From the NCBI GenBank assembly GCA_032718475.1, contig JAUCBJ010001929.1, positions 1 to 64,000 on the forward strand: a DNA stretch of 64,000 bases, in the 5' to 3' direction. This stretch comes from Nemertoderma westbladi. Taxonomy: Eukaryota; Animalia; Xenacoelomorpha. Below the pieces are notes generated by a model. That model made no database searches. It was not told the DNA's origin and saw only the letters and a list, made by a program, of their open reading frames with translations. Both the position numbers and the translations under genes were made by a program. Numbering within the stretch: the stretch's first letter is position 1; each line of letters starts with the position of its first letter. Positions 50,764 to 63,244 of the stretch are shown piece by piece.

Positions 50764-52554
50764 ATATTTATGCTTTATACCAGATGTATTGGTTTAAAAG
50801 AAGATATAAAAATTAAAGACATTTATAATGATAATTTATATTCAATTAATAATTTGTTGTAAATTTAATTCAATCTAATCTTAAATTATTATCTGCTGGA
50901 ATAATTTAACTCTTCCTGAAAAATATTAACAGTTTACGTTTATACAGAACCTTTGTATAAAGTTATAATGATAATAGTAGTGAATGTACACTTTTAATAT
51001 TCTAAACCCTTTTCGCAATCGGAGGCGTAGCGAGGGGGGGGGGGGGGGGGTCTCAGGAATTCGTAGCCCGCGATTATTCTTAGCCTGCAAAACAATAAAG
51101 TTTATTGTTTTGGTTCCCACAATACGCCTCTGAAACCTGCTCCTTTACTAACATGTTCCTTTACTAACTCGCGGACTAAGAATACCCGTGGGCTAAGAAT
51201 ACTCACGGGCTAAGAATTCACCCAACCCGAGTGGGGGTGGGGGTGGTGGTCTTTCCCCAGGCACATTCACACATTGGCGCAGTTGCCACCCAAAAATGTT
51301 ATTTGCTGGCTTCGCCCACCATTCAATATATTATATGTGCACTCTATCATACTACTGTATCAATAGAATTGATATATTGCTGCATTTTCTTGGATAACTA
51401 ATTGACTCAATTTTTGATGCTCCCAAATTTTGGATAATAAAAATTTGTAAAATGTAAAATGACTAACTTTTAACATTGTCAATGGTGTTTTATAAGTTGC
51501 TTAATTGAATGACAGAAATTACTATATTTAAATTTATCAATACGCAATTTACATCTAAATTTCAATGAAAATAATGCGAGTATGATCATTTATTGAAAGC
51601 ATTTCTGGAAAGCTGATTCAAACTGGGGCACTTTAACAACGTGATACTCATGACGGCTGTGCCATTTATTGCTACCCAAATTGCATTCACAACCCAAAAA
51701 TCCAAAAAAAAGAATTAAGAAAATTAAAAATTTTGAAAAAAATAACTTACGGGCACCACTTGGAATGAAAACTACATAAATTAGAGTTATGTTTTTTCTT
51801 ACTTTTAATATGACTTTACGGAATTCTATAAAAATATTGGACTGAACAATATTGAATTTCCTAGTAACATCAATTAAAAGCCATATTCTACATATCTTTA
51901 TAGTAAGTAAGAGTTATGATAATATCATATTGTTGAAATAAAGGTGGATAAAATTAATCTGTACTACTACCTATAATACCTATACTACTACTGGTATCGT
52001 CATACTGCATTGCAGGTACATTATATATATATATTAAGAAGGCTATATCGCCTCAGAAATCGGCCATGTCTCAAGAAAATTTATGACTTATCCCAAAGAA
52101 GAACGTAAAAATAGACAATGAATACATGCAATCATTGATAAGCTGATGAAACACTCATATAATAATAAATTGTATCCTATGCTATTGCACCATATGCTCC
52201 TATAAACTTGCCCATATTGTGTATTTTAAACCTTTGCATACCAAACCTATTTTATATATCCCTAGCTGGAACCTAAACAATTTACCTCATTTATGCTTTA
52301 TTTCATATGATTTTGAGCTCAATATATATCAGGGTTGCCACTCAATTTCAGTTTCAATTTTCCCTGACTTTTTGAAACATTTCCCTGTCTGAAGTTTATA
52401 TATGAATTCTATCTATAATTTTATCTTCTTTAAAAATTCAGACTTTATATTTAGTGATGTGAGGAAATGAAATGGTGAGCGAAGAGAGCAAAATTTTTTC
52501 ACATATTTTCGCTTAGTTATGACACATTTCCTGTATATATCTAAATCCCTGACT

Positions 52555-53820
52555 ATATACCCGATATATTTCAACTCACCGATTGGTTGGTTATCTTGGG
52601 GCCCCATATAATTCAACTCACTGATTGGTTGGTTATCTCGGGGCCCGAGATAATTCAACTCATTATTAAGTCGGGGTCCGAGATAATTAAACTCACTGAT
52701 TGGTTCGTCTATCTCGGGGCCCGAGATAATTAAATGCACTGATTGTTAGGGTATATCAGGGCCCGAGTTATTAAGTTGTGGTCCGAGATAATTCAATTCA
52801 CTGATTGGTTGGTTATCTTAGGGCCCGAGATAATTCAACGCAATGATTAGTTGGTTATCTCGGGGCCCGAGTTATTAAGTCGGAGCCCGATATAATTCAA
52901 CTCACTGATTGGTAGGGTATCTCGGGGCCCGAGATAATTCAACTCACTGATTGGTTGGTTATCTTGGGGCCCGAGATACAGTAATTAAACACACTGATTG
53001 GTAGGTTATCTCAGGGCCCGAGTAATTAATTAATTCGGGGTCCGAGATAATTCAACTCACTGATTGGTTGGTTATCTCAGGGCCCGAGTTAATAAGTCGG
53101 GGCCCGAGATAATTCAACGCAGTGATTGGTTGGTTATCTCGGGGCCTGAGATAATTAAGGGGGGTACACCATTTTCGAACAACTCTTCGATTTATCACTC
53201 TCAGCGTTTCAAAATTGTTTGGTTTTGGCTAAAATTTTGAATATAGGTGCCTAAGATGCTATTCTACATGACAGGTCAGAAAAAAAATTTTTTCGTTATT
53301 TAATATTAGTACTATTATTATTAATATTATTAGTAATATTAGTAATGTTATTAGTATTACTCAAAAATTGCTCAAAAATTGTAGAAGTAGTAGGGTTTTG
53401 AAGTTGACAATTTCATAAAAAAAATATTTGGAGATAATCGACCTTTCATTATACATAGTAATAGTAATTTCAATAGGATTCCCTAAATGGAAATTGTTAT
53501 AACTTGAAAACTAAAAGAGTTATTAAATAGCGGTTTTCAGATTTCGAAACACCATTCAATGGTGCATTATAGTAGACCATAAAAAAATTTCGACATATTT
53601 TGGACCAAAATGGTGTACCCCCCCCCCCCTTAAACTCACTGATTGGTTGGTTATCTCAGGGCCCGAGATAATTTAACACACTGATTGGTAGGATATCTCG
53701 GGGACCGAGATAATTAAACACACTGATTGGTAGGCTATCTCGCGGCCCGAGTTATTTCTGATATGATAATTTTATTTAGTTTATTATGATAATTCAATAC
53801 ACTGATTGGTTGCTTATCTT
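52555..53820. repeat. ~43/61-bp minisatellite
   Basis: CCCGAGATAATTCAACTCACTGATTGGTTGGTTATCTCGGGG repeated about 15 times, interrupted at 53155-53633. Confidence 0.9.
53159..53629. mobile_element. MITE with TTAA target duplication (Kolobok-like termini)
   Basis: TTAA|GGGGGGTACACCATTTT ... AAAATGGTGTACCCCCC|TTAA. Confidence 0.8.
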
Positions 53821-53869
53821 GTTAAACGTTTGGCAGACTACATCGTCCCTTTCATTTAGAAACCACCTA

Positions 53870-55028
53870 CAGTCTGAAGCTACAGACCTGTTCTTTGAGA
53901 TTTTCTCAAAGTTTTTCTAAAAGTGTCTAAAAGTCATTACATTACTCCCAACGGCCGCTTTGAATTCTTGTAGACACTTTTAGTTTGGAATCTCAAAGTG
54001 ATTTCCTGCTTTTAGGCACTTTGAATTCTTTGCGAAATATCACTTTGAGGTAGTTTACGGCACTTTGATTTCTTTGAGAAAATAAACTCCGAGGTATTCC
54101 TGATTGCCAGCTCGTGGTAAGTTAACAGATTCAGAGGCATTCTCGGGGAACAATATCATGCGGGCAACAAAGTGATACTTGTGGGCTGGCCAGTTGTTGG
54201 CTAGAAGCTATTCCCATAAATTTATAACATTGAGGTTCCTGAGGCCATTACGGGATGGGTTTTCGGTCGCAAGTACAAATTGAATTTACGGCACCCTTTG
54301 ACAAGCATTCTACCGCCCCCCCCCCCCCCACCCACCCCTTCTATTTGGAAATAATAACCTTTTATAAAAGTCTTTCTAAAAAACATTCTTAAAAATCAAA
54401 TAATACATGAAACATAATTAGTGAAACAAGATTAATGCTTGACAAGATTGATTAATTTAATAATAACATAATACAATATAAGATTAACAATTAATATAAG
54501 AGAAACTGCACTGCATTTTCTCTGTGTATACGCAGTTTCATTATAATGACCTGAAGAAGCCCTGTTGGGAGAAAGTTATAATAACTTTTGTTATTGATTT
54601 CATTAGTCACCTGAGGTCAAACCGTTCTACCTAACTGTTTAATATGATAACTACGGTGACGAGAGCGCGAGAATTCATTCTTAAAAACTAAGAAAGGCTT
54701 TCAACTTTCAAGTAGGATAGAACGGCTACACTCTTGTGTTGTTTTAACTTAATAGAGATATTAAAATATCCCCTGCCCCCAGTATTTTTTGGAGGCATTT
54801 TTATTGTTTCATAGAGGTTTTTATTACTTATATTTTACCCTTCAGTCAAAGTCAATATACCCCATACCATAGCCAGCTTCAGGCAGGACTGTATGAAATG
54901 ACTGACAGTACTACTTTGAAATATTTGAGGACACTTTGTCATTTTCTTAGACCACTTTTAGAACTTTGAGACACTTTTAGTTCTTTGAGAAAATCTCAAA
55001 GAACAGATGCACTTTGAGACCCCGACTG
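53870..55028. mobile_element. Non-autonomous TA-flanked TIR element (Tc1/mariner-like ends)
   Basis: TA|CAGTC...GACTG|TA, with subterminal inverted repeat CTGTTCTTTGAGATTTTCTCAAAG / CTTTGAGAAAATCTCAAAGAACAG. Confidence 0.7.
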
Positions 55029-56824
55029 TACATCTAAATTTCAATGAAAATAATGCGAGTATGATCATTTATCGAAAGCATTTCTGGAAACCTGATTCAA
55101 TCCGGGACACTTTAACCACATGAAAGCTGTCACACAACCTAAAAATATTTTTTTAATTATTAAGTATAACTACAGTACCAATGTTTTATGATCTTTTACT
55201 CAATTTAGAGTCATGGAAAACCCTGAAGAAAGTAGATACACAATTATTTTGTGGAAATTCTAAAAATTTTATTTTTGGGTGCATTTTCCCGTTTTCTTCC
55301 ATTTGATTTGCAGTATCAAGGGGGGAAAACTCCAAGGCTTGACTCGTAGGCTTGACTTCCGCTAAGACCGAACCACTAACAATCAGTGAAACTGTTAGGA
55401 TGAACTTCATTAAAAACTGCTACAGCAACAGTAACTGTGGAAGTTTCATATCTAAACATAAATGTATCTTGTCTTATTTTAATGTCGTTTGATCTTCTGT
55501 TCGATGCCTGGTTGTGCTGCAAATACATTTTATTGACTCAATTATCCCGAGACCATCAATGATCATTACCATATTCTTGTGTTGTTATAATATTAAGCCA
55601 TATGTTTTAACCATCACAATTATTATCTACCATCTCATTAGCATGATTGTTTTACCGTAAACACAGCGGGAGTTTTATGTCTAAATATAAACGTGGTTTT
55701 TGACGCAATCTGAGTAGCGAACTACCCATAAATAAATTATATGTTTCAGTATCTATAAACATTGGTTTTATAATTGTATAGTATAAGTTGAGTATTATTG
55801 TAATTCCCCATGTATCCCACTGTCTACTGTAACCTTACTTTACCCATACTTTATATTACCGTTATAGTAGTTCTTTCTGTTAATTTCTAATATTTTTAAA
55901 TATTCGGCAAATTTTCCAAATTAAACTTAAATTGACATACATTCTTAATTATTTACATAAAAAATTCTGAAAATCAAGAATATAAACATAATTTTCCTCC
56001 GAAACCACAAAAATTAGTAACTAATTAGTAACATAAACGACCCTGCCCAGGCCGCCCAGGCGGGCTCTTATTCGAGTAAATGCGGTATTTTAATATCATA
56101 CGTTAAATGTAGAACCTATTCATATAATACAAAACTCAAAACAGAAATATCACTAAGAATTCTGTAATTCGAAAAAATAAGTAAACTTCAATTATACCTT
56201 TGATATCAGCTTTTATTAATATAATAAATAATAATATAATAAACCGAATAAAGTACTAAGCAATGTTAATTAAATATTTAATTGCTCATAAAAATTTACA
56301 ACATAATCATTGATTTTAATGATATGTCCACGTTGTTACCAGGGAGACCATGTTTCACTGCATCATCCTCCAGTGCATTGTAATCATATTCCGAATTGAA
56401 AACACTTCCTCCATACTGGGTACCATGGACTCATCTACTGTAGGCCTCTAGGACATCTTAGAGTAGTTTTACAGTTTTATTTTTGTTCATCTACCATAAT
56501 CATTTTAGCTTCAACCATGTATTAATTATTTTACAAGTAGTCAGATCATCTTAAATGACATAATTATTATTAATATGTTTTTTTTATGCCAATACTTAGA
56601 GATAAATCCAAAGATATGTATTTATCTATATATTGATTGTCTCAACAAGCAGAAAAATGTCCCATTTCATTAGAGTAATTCATTAGGGGTACCAACCAAA
56701 TTCAACAACCCTTCCACCATCCATTACTATGATCTTATCTGAGTCCAATGTCATTTTTTCTTTAAATATCAGGGAAATGTCAGGGAATTCTAGTAAAAAT
56801 GGGACAAATGAGAAAGGGGGGAAA

Positions 56825-57511
56825 AGTTAGGGAATTTGATATATACAGGAAATGCGTCATAACTAAGAGAAAATATGTGAAAAAATTTTGCTCTCTTCGC
56901 TCGCCATTTCATTTCCTCACATCACTAAATATAAAGTCTGAATTTTTCAAGAAGATAATTATAGATAGAAGTCATATATAAACTTCAGACAGGGAAATTT
57001 TTCAAAAAGTTAGGGAAAATTGAAACTGAAAATTATCTGTTTTGGAATCAAATGGAAGAAAATGGGAAAATGCACCCAAAAATAAATTTTTTAGAATTTT
57101 CACAAAGTAATTTTTATCCACTTTCTTCAGGGTTTTCCATGACTCTAAATTGAGTAAAAGATCATAGTTTTTTTAGTTTCATTGTGTTTAATCAAATAAA
57201 ATTGACATTATTATACGTTAAAATGTGCACAGCATGAATAAAAACAGATCAATATGGGTAATATAATGTATGGGTAAAGTAAGGTTACAGTAGACAGTGG
57301 GATACATGGGGAATTACAATAATACTCAACTTATACTATACAATTATAAAACCAATGTTTATAGATACTGAAACATATAATTTATTTATGGGTAGTTCGC
57401 TACTCAGATTGCGTCAAAAACCACGTTTATATTTAGACATAAAACTCCCGCTGTGTTTACGGTAAAACATATCATGCTAATGAGATGGTAGATAATAATT
57501 GTGATGGTTAA
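56825..57511. repeat. Three adjacent inverted copies of nearby segments
   Basis: Reverse complements of 52346-52553, ~55187-55310 and 55607-55849. Confidence 0.85.
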
Positions 57512-57901
57512 TGTGACGGGATCCACTGAGGATCCCGGTTTATCCAGTGTCTTATCTACGCGTCCCGCCGTGTGTGTGAAAAGGAGTTCTGATGTTATTG
57601 AATAACTCTGACTATTGTTGTTCCGTATGTATAAATAGATATATATAAGATAGAGTATAGGCACAGTTGAATTGAGTTGACATTGTTATTCATTAGCAGG
57701 AACTATTGGCATTGATTCTATTGCTGTACTGACCAGTAGTCAGTACAGCAATGCCTGACTGCTGATAGGCCTATCAACTATGGTCTGTGCTGGGCTGAAG
57801 CCTCATTAATTTTCCAAACTTCCACCAAGTTACATGCTGGCTGGTCTGCCCTTGAAACGAATACCAACATGATGAATAATTTGTAACCCAATCCAACTAC
57901 A

Positions 57902-59155
57902 ATGACGAAATCCGGTCGACATAAACGGAGGCAGTCTTCATCATCGGGAACTTATTCAGGTAACAACAACATTGGCTTTACATTGCATGACGAACTGGAT
58001 AAACAAAGTTCTAGACTAGATGGATTTGAGGAAAGCTTCGAAGGCCTTCAATCTAAATTGTCTGGAATTATAATCTCTGAAATTAACAAACATACCGGTA
58101 AAGAGCGGACTTATTCACCTTCGAGTGGATCCGATAAAAACACCTTCGACCACTCCAATAACAGAGCAGGCCCAATTACAACTAGGCCTAAAAGGACCGA
58201 TAATGATGCTGTTTTCGTTTGTGACGCTATTTCCTCTAATGACAGTGGGTCTGATGAATCTACTGGAACCGCTCAACCATTTCTTGGCTTCTCCGATTCC
58301 GACAAGGACGCCCTAATTGTTGCAATACAAGAAAATGTCAACTTCGAATTAGAAGCTATGAAGGGAACACTTGAGGATATCCGACGAGAGTTTAACAGGT
58401 TACGTGATTCTTCTATCACGCAATTGGATGACATTGAGCAGTACTCGCGTCGAAATTGTATCCTTATACACGGAGTTCCTCAGACAACAGAAGAATCTTC
58501 TGAAGATAAAACCTTTGAAGTTGTTAAATCGTTCCTGAAGGACAATCTTCTGCTTGACATTGGAGAACACGAGTTTGATCGGTGTCATCGTCTGGGGCGT
58601 CGTGACATTGTGGCTGGGTCTGGTAACGCTAGTAACGCTGAGAAGTATGGTACTAAAGCCAATATTAAACACGCGCCGATCATAGTAAAGTTTGTCCGCT
58701 ATAGAGTACGAGCGAAAGTTTTCTCTCAAGCCCACCGCCTCCGGAATACTGGTTTCTATGTCACCGAATCATTGACATCATTCCGATCGGGGCTACTTCG
58801 AGATGTTCGCACTAAGGGGATTGGTTGGTCCCGTGATGGACGGATTTTCGCTATGGGAACCGCAAATCGACCTGTTCTTATCACTGCTAGAAGTGATGTG
58901 TCATTGGTTAAGGAATTCACGGAAGAAGATCGAAAAGTTCGTCGACAACTCCTGAATGCCAATAGCAAACAAAAGTCTACGAAACCTTCCGTTGGTCCTA
59001 CTGTTGAGATGAAAGATAAACCAAATCCTGCTCCAGGCCCAGCTGCACATCGAGCTACACCGAAAACCAATCCTATAACCAATCCTATAAAAATCCCTAA
59101 TATTGGGAAAGCAAACTTATCTCCCAAAGTCATTGGAAAGAAATCCGTCAAATAA
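57902..59155 (+). CDS. LINE ORF1 (coiled coil plus RRM-type domain)
   Basis: LDDIEQYSRRNCILIHGVP, DRCHRLG, PIIVKF, YVTESLT. Confidence 0.88.
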   Translation: MTKSGRHKRRQSSSSGTYSGNNNIGFTLHDELDKQSSRLDGFEESFEGLQSKLSGIIISEINKHTGKERTYSPSSGSDKNTFDHSNNRAGPITTRPKRTDNDAVFVCDAISSNDSGSDESTGTAQPFLGFSDSDKDALIVAIQENVNFELEAMKGTLEDIRREFNRLRDSSITQLDDIEQYSRRNCILIHGVPQTTEESSEDKTFEVVKSFLKDNLLLDIGEHEFDRCHRLGRRDIVAGSGNASNAEKYGTKANIKHAPIIVKFVRYRVRAKVFSQAHRLRNTGFYVTESLTSFRSGLLRDVRTKGIGWSRDGRIFAMGTANRPVLITARSDVSLVKEFTEEDRKVRRQLLNANSKQKSTKPSVGPTVEMKDKPNPAPGPAAHRATPKTNPITNPIKIPNIGKANLSPKVIGKKSVK

Positions 59156-59887
59156 GGTTACAATATTTCACAATAAAACAAACAAGGTTAATTTAATTTA
59201 TTTGCCCACAACGCCAGTGTGAATAATACTAACAAATAAATAGATTTGTTATATTTGTTATATTTTATATGCCATATATGTACTCAATTATTTTAATCAT
59301 ATTATTCAGCATGTAAATAAATAAATAAATTTGTACTATTTAGCATGTAAGCCCCTTTAATAGTAATTCAAGTATATTACCCACAAAGCTCAAATTAGTT
59401 TAAAACATGGCCCGGCATGGACCGTAATAATCAGGCATATCTCGTTATACAGACTAACTTTACTTTACTTGAACCTTGATCTTTATTTGTATCTCGTATT
59501 ATTTTTTTTTGTGTGTGCTTGTCTAGATAGGTTGTTTAGTGATTATTTTGTAGTATATTGTAACTTTAGGTTTTTAGCGGTATTGTATAGGTAATAAGGG
59601 AGCAACTGGGAGGGTACCTAACATTTCTCGAGATTCGAACTGTGCTCTTAAGCTGTGTGTTAAACTCACAGAGCAGAACAGCATATTTATACTTAGATAT
59701 ACTTATGCTTTTGTTTTGCTTTTTGTTTTTGTTGTTTGGACTTTGACTCATTCAAACTGTTCTTTATAGGTATCTGTAGTTTACTTTCTTATTTAGTTAG
59801 TCTCAGTAGGAAGGCCTAATTATATTGCATGACTTCCTATATTCAGTAGTGTAGATAAAAATCACACCTAAATTTTTCTAGTTGTAG

Positions 59888-62800
59888 TTGTTCCTCCTCT
59901 ATACATTTTTTAGAGGGGATTTGCTTTCATCTTTAAACTGGTACCAACTTCAAATGCTCGAGAAATGCCAAAAATGTACTAAAAATATAAATTCTAACAA
60001 TAAGAAAGTATTACACTGTTGGATATGTAACGCAAAATATCACGTTAAGTGTTTTTCCTTAATAAAAAAAGATATTGATTTTTTTCTTTCGAATTCACGA
60101 TGGATCTGTACAAATTGTATTGTTAATATTTTTCCCTTTCAAAACATTGAAGACGATTCAGAATATTTATTATCAATTAATGACTATCGTCTACCATCCA
60201 TTATAAATAGAGATCTATTAAATTCTAGTATAGCGAACTTTTTCACCACAGATGAAAGAGATGGAAATGGAGTAGATGGACAGCTGGACCCAGACACTAA
60301 TTTTTATCATAATATTAAATGCGACTACCATTCTGATTTTTCACTTCTTAATAATTCTTCTAAATTTTCCTTTATGCACACCAATATTCGTAGTCTCAAC
60401 AAGAATTTAGATAATCTCGCATACATGCTACAATGCATATCTGAGCCCCCACGAATTATTGGCATAACTGAAACTTGGCAAAATAATCTCAATCATGATT
60501 CCTTTGCCTTAAAAAACTACGACTTTGAATATGATTATAGAAAAAATCAAAATGGTGGTGGAACTGGTATATATATTCATAATTCGCTTAATTATATTAA
60601 GCGAAATGATCTCAATATATTCAATTCAGGCCTGTTTGAATCTACATTTATAGAATGGCAACGAGGGTCTAATAAAAATATTATATTTGGTTGCATTTAT
60701 CGCCCGCCTAACTCAGATTTGGAGGAATTTCTCAAATTACTCAGTTCAACCTTAACAAAAATCAACAATGAAGGTAAAATTTGTTATCTTATGGGTGATT
60801 TCAACATAAATATACTGCATATAAACACATCACCAATAGCGCATACATTTTTTGAAACCATATCATCTCACTGTTTTTTGCCCGTAATAAATAAGCCTAC
60901 GCGAATAACAGACACGACCTCAACCGCAATAGACAACATTCTAACAAATGATTATTCAACTATTTGCGAATCAGGTATAATTATAGCAGATATATCTGAC
61001 CACCTTCCTATTTTTGCAATCTGTGATATTGCGCATAATTCCGTACCACCACCACCAAATTTCTACACTAAAAGGGACACCTCCGATTCTAATATAAATA
61101 AATTTTTGAACGCTCTTGGCAATAAATCAAAACATAATGAATGGGAAACAATCCTGAATGAAACCGATGCAACTGAAGCGTACAACAAGTTTATATCAGA
61201 ATACCAAAATTTATTTGTGCTAAACTTTCCATTTAAACAATTTAAATTAATAAACATTGAAAAACCATGGATAACAAATTCTATTTATGCTTGTATCAAA
61301 AGGAAACAAAAATTATTTTCCTCATTCATAAAAACTAAAACGGAAGAAACAAAGACATCTTACACGAAATATAAAAATTTACTAACAACTTTAATCCGAA
61401 ACTCAAAAAAACGTCATTTTTCACATCTCTTTGAAAAATTTAAATATAATATTAGTCAAACCTGGAATACTATAAAAGTACTTACTAATAGGAACAAGTC
61501 GTCTAGCTATCCATCTACTTTCCTAGTCAGGTCAAAATTGGAGGAAGATGAATATTGTATTTCAAATGCATTTAATAACCACTATGTATCTGTCGGAGAA
61601 AAACTTGCAAGTAAAATTCCAACTACAGATAGACCCGTGGCCACATTCCTGAAAAACCCAACCCTAAATTCAATGTTTTTGGATACCATTTCTGAAAATG
61701 ATTTACTGAAATGTGCAATGTCTTTGAATAATAAAAAGTCAATCGGGCTTGATGGCGTTGATCCAGTATTAGCACGGTCAGCACTTCCAAAAATTGCAAC
61801 TCCCTTAACGCACATAATTAATTTATCTTTACTCACAGGTGTTGTGCCAGACCAATTAAAATGCGCTAAAGTTGTACCAGTATTTAAAAGGGGTAATAAA
61901 AATATAATAACAAACTATCGTCCAATTAGCGTACTACCATATTTCTCAAAAATCCTTGAAAAAATTGTAAGCATACAACTCCTCGAATTTATTAAAAGAG
62001 AAAAAATATTAACCTCAAAACAGTTTGGCTTCCAAACTAAAAAATCAACTGAAACTGCGCTTTCATCTCTGTTACATGACCTTTTGACTGAAAACGAGAA
62101 TAATAATATCACTGTGGGTCTGTTCCTGGACCTCTCTAAGGCGTTTGATACTGTCAACCATAAAATATTAATTCAAAAACTCGAACACTACGGTATTCGT
62201 GGGACGCCTTTGGATTGGTTCAGGAGCTACCTAACAGATCGTCGGCAAAAAGTGCTATTTAAATCGACCCTATCAAATTCTAGTACAATAACTTGTGGCG
62301 TTCCACAAGGGTCTATTCTTGGACCGGTACTATTTCTGATTTATATTAATGATATTACAGAATGTTCATCCATTCTAAATTTTGTTCTTTTTGCCGATGA
62401 CACGAATATTTTCCACTCAGGATCTGACTTAAATATACTCATAGATCAACTTAACAGCGAATTACTTAATATATATAAATGGCTTGCAACAAATAAACTA
62501 TCCCTAAATTTAGATAAAACTAAGTTTATAATATTTTCTACTAAACAATACAGCTGGGCAAACAAACACATTTTGATTAACGGAAACTTAATCGAAAAAG
62601 TAAATGAAATGAAATTTCTTGGAATTATTATAAGTAGTGATTTAAAATGGAACAAGCATATTCAATACATACGACTAAAAATAGCTAAAAATGTGGGAAT
62701 TCTTGGTAAACTTAAACATTTCATCCCGTACAAAATTCGCCTGACATTATACCACACACTGATCCGCCCATATCTCACATTCGCACTTACGGTATGGGGC

Positions 62801-63244
62801 AATGGTGCCAGTTCAAATAGTACAGCTACAAATTCATTACTTATTTTACAAAAAAGGGCAATTCGCTACATACACTTAAAACATTCACAATACCATACAG
62901 AGGAACTCATGAAAACCCAGAACGAATTAACACTATCTAATATATATAAATATCAATGTTTACTTTTCATGTACAAATCTATTAATGGAAAACTAGATCT
63001 TCCAGAAAATTTAAAATCTATTTTAATAGTAAATCGACAGTTTCACAATTACAACACTCGTACAATGTACAATATTCATCTTCCTCTATATCGCAAATCA
63101 TTAACTCAAACTGCAGTAACTTACCAAGGCCCACTATACTGGAATGACCTTCTCCCTGAAATACGCAGATCTCCTACATTAAATCAATTCAAAAATAATC
63201 TCAAAAAAGAATTACTGACTTCCCAACACAAGGTAAACAAATAA
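59888..63244 (+). CDS. LINE ORF2 (PHD-APE-RT); first ATG at 59954
   Basis: PHD: CQKC..CWIC..HVKC..CTNC. APE: NIRSL, ITETW, YRPP, GDFN, SDHLP. RT: DLSKAFD, GVPQGSILGP, LFADD. Confidence 0.95.
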   Translation: MFLLYTFFRGDLLSSLNWYQLQMLEKCQKCTKNINSNNKKVLHCWICNAKYHVKCFSLIKKDIDFFLSNSRWICTNCIVNIFPFQNIEDDSEYLLSINDYRLPSIINRDLLNSSIANFFTTDERDGNGVDGQLDPDTNFYHNIKCDYHSDFSLLNNSSKFSFMHTNIRSLNKNLDNLAYMLQCISEPPRIIGITETWQNNLNHDSFALKNYDFEYDYRKNQNGGGTGIYIHNSLNYIKRNDLNIFNSGLFESTFIEWQRGSNKNIIFGCIYRPPNSDLEEFLKLLSSTLTKINNEGKICYLMGDFNINILHINTSPIAHTFFETISSHCFLPVINKPTRITDTTSTAIDNILTNDYSTICESGIIIADISDHLPIFAICDIAHNSVPPPPNFYTKRDTSDSNINKFLNALGNKSKHNEWETILNETDATEAYNKFISEYQNLFVLNFPFKQFKLINIEKPWITNSIYACIKRKQKLFSSFIKTKTEETKTSYTKYKNLLTTLIRNSKKRHFSHLFEKFKYNISQTWNTIKVLTNRNKSSSYPSTFLVRSKLEEDEYCISNAFNNHYVSVGEKLASKIPTTDRPVATFLKNPTLNSMFLDTISENDLLKCAMSLNNKKSIGLDGVDPVLARSALPKIATPLTHIINLSLLTGVVPDQLKCAKVVPVFKRGNKNIITNYRPISVLPYFSKILEKIVSIQLLEFIKREKILTSKQFGFQTKKSTETALSSLLHDLLTENENNNITVGLFLDLSKAFDTVNHKILIQKLEHYGIRGTPLDWFRSYLTDRRQKVLFKSTLSNSSTITCGVPQGSILGPVLFLIYINDITECSSILNFVLFADDTNIFHSGSDLNILIDQLNSELLNIYKWLATNKLSLNLDKTKFIIFSTKQYSWANKHILINGNLIEKVNEMKFLGIIISSDLKWNKHIQYIRLKIAKNVGILGKLKHFIPYKIRLTLYHTLIRPYLTFALTVWGNGASSNSTATNSLLILQKRAIRYIHLKHSQYHTEELMKTQNELTLSNIYKYQCLLFMYKSINGKLDLPENLKSILIVNRQFHNYNTRTMYNIHLPLYRKSLTQTAVTYQGPLYWNDLLPEIRRSPTLNQFKNNLKKELLTSQHKVNK

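Noticed and set aside
52555-53820. CRISPR-like array
   Set aside because: No unique spacers and no cas genes; eukaryotic minisatellite.
54541-54600. Hammerhead-like CTGAAGAAGCCC..GGGAGAAA
   Set aside because: Stem II closing is mismatched and there are two extra T at the cleavage site; at best a dead relic.
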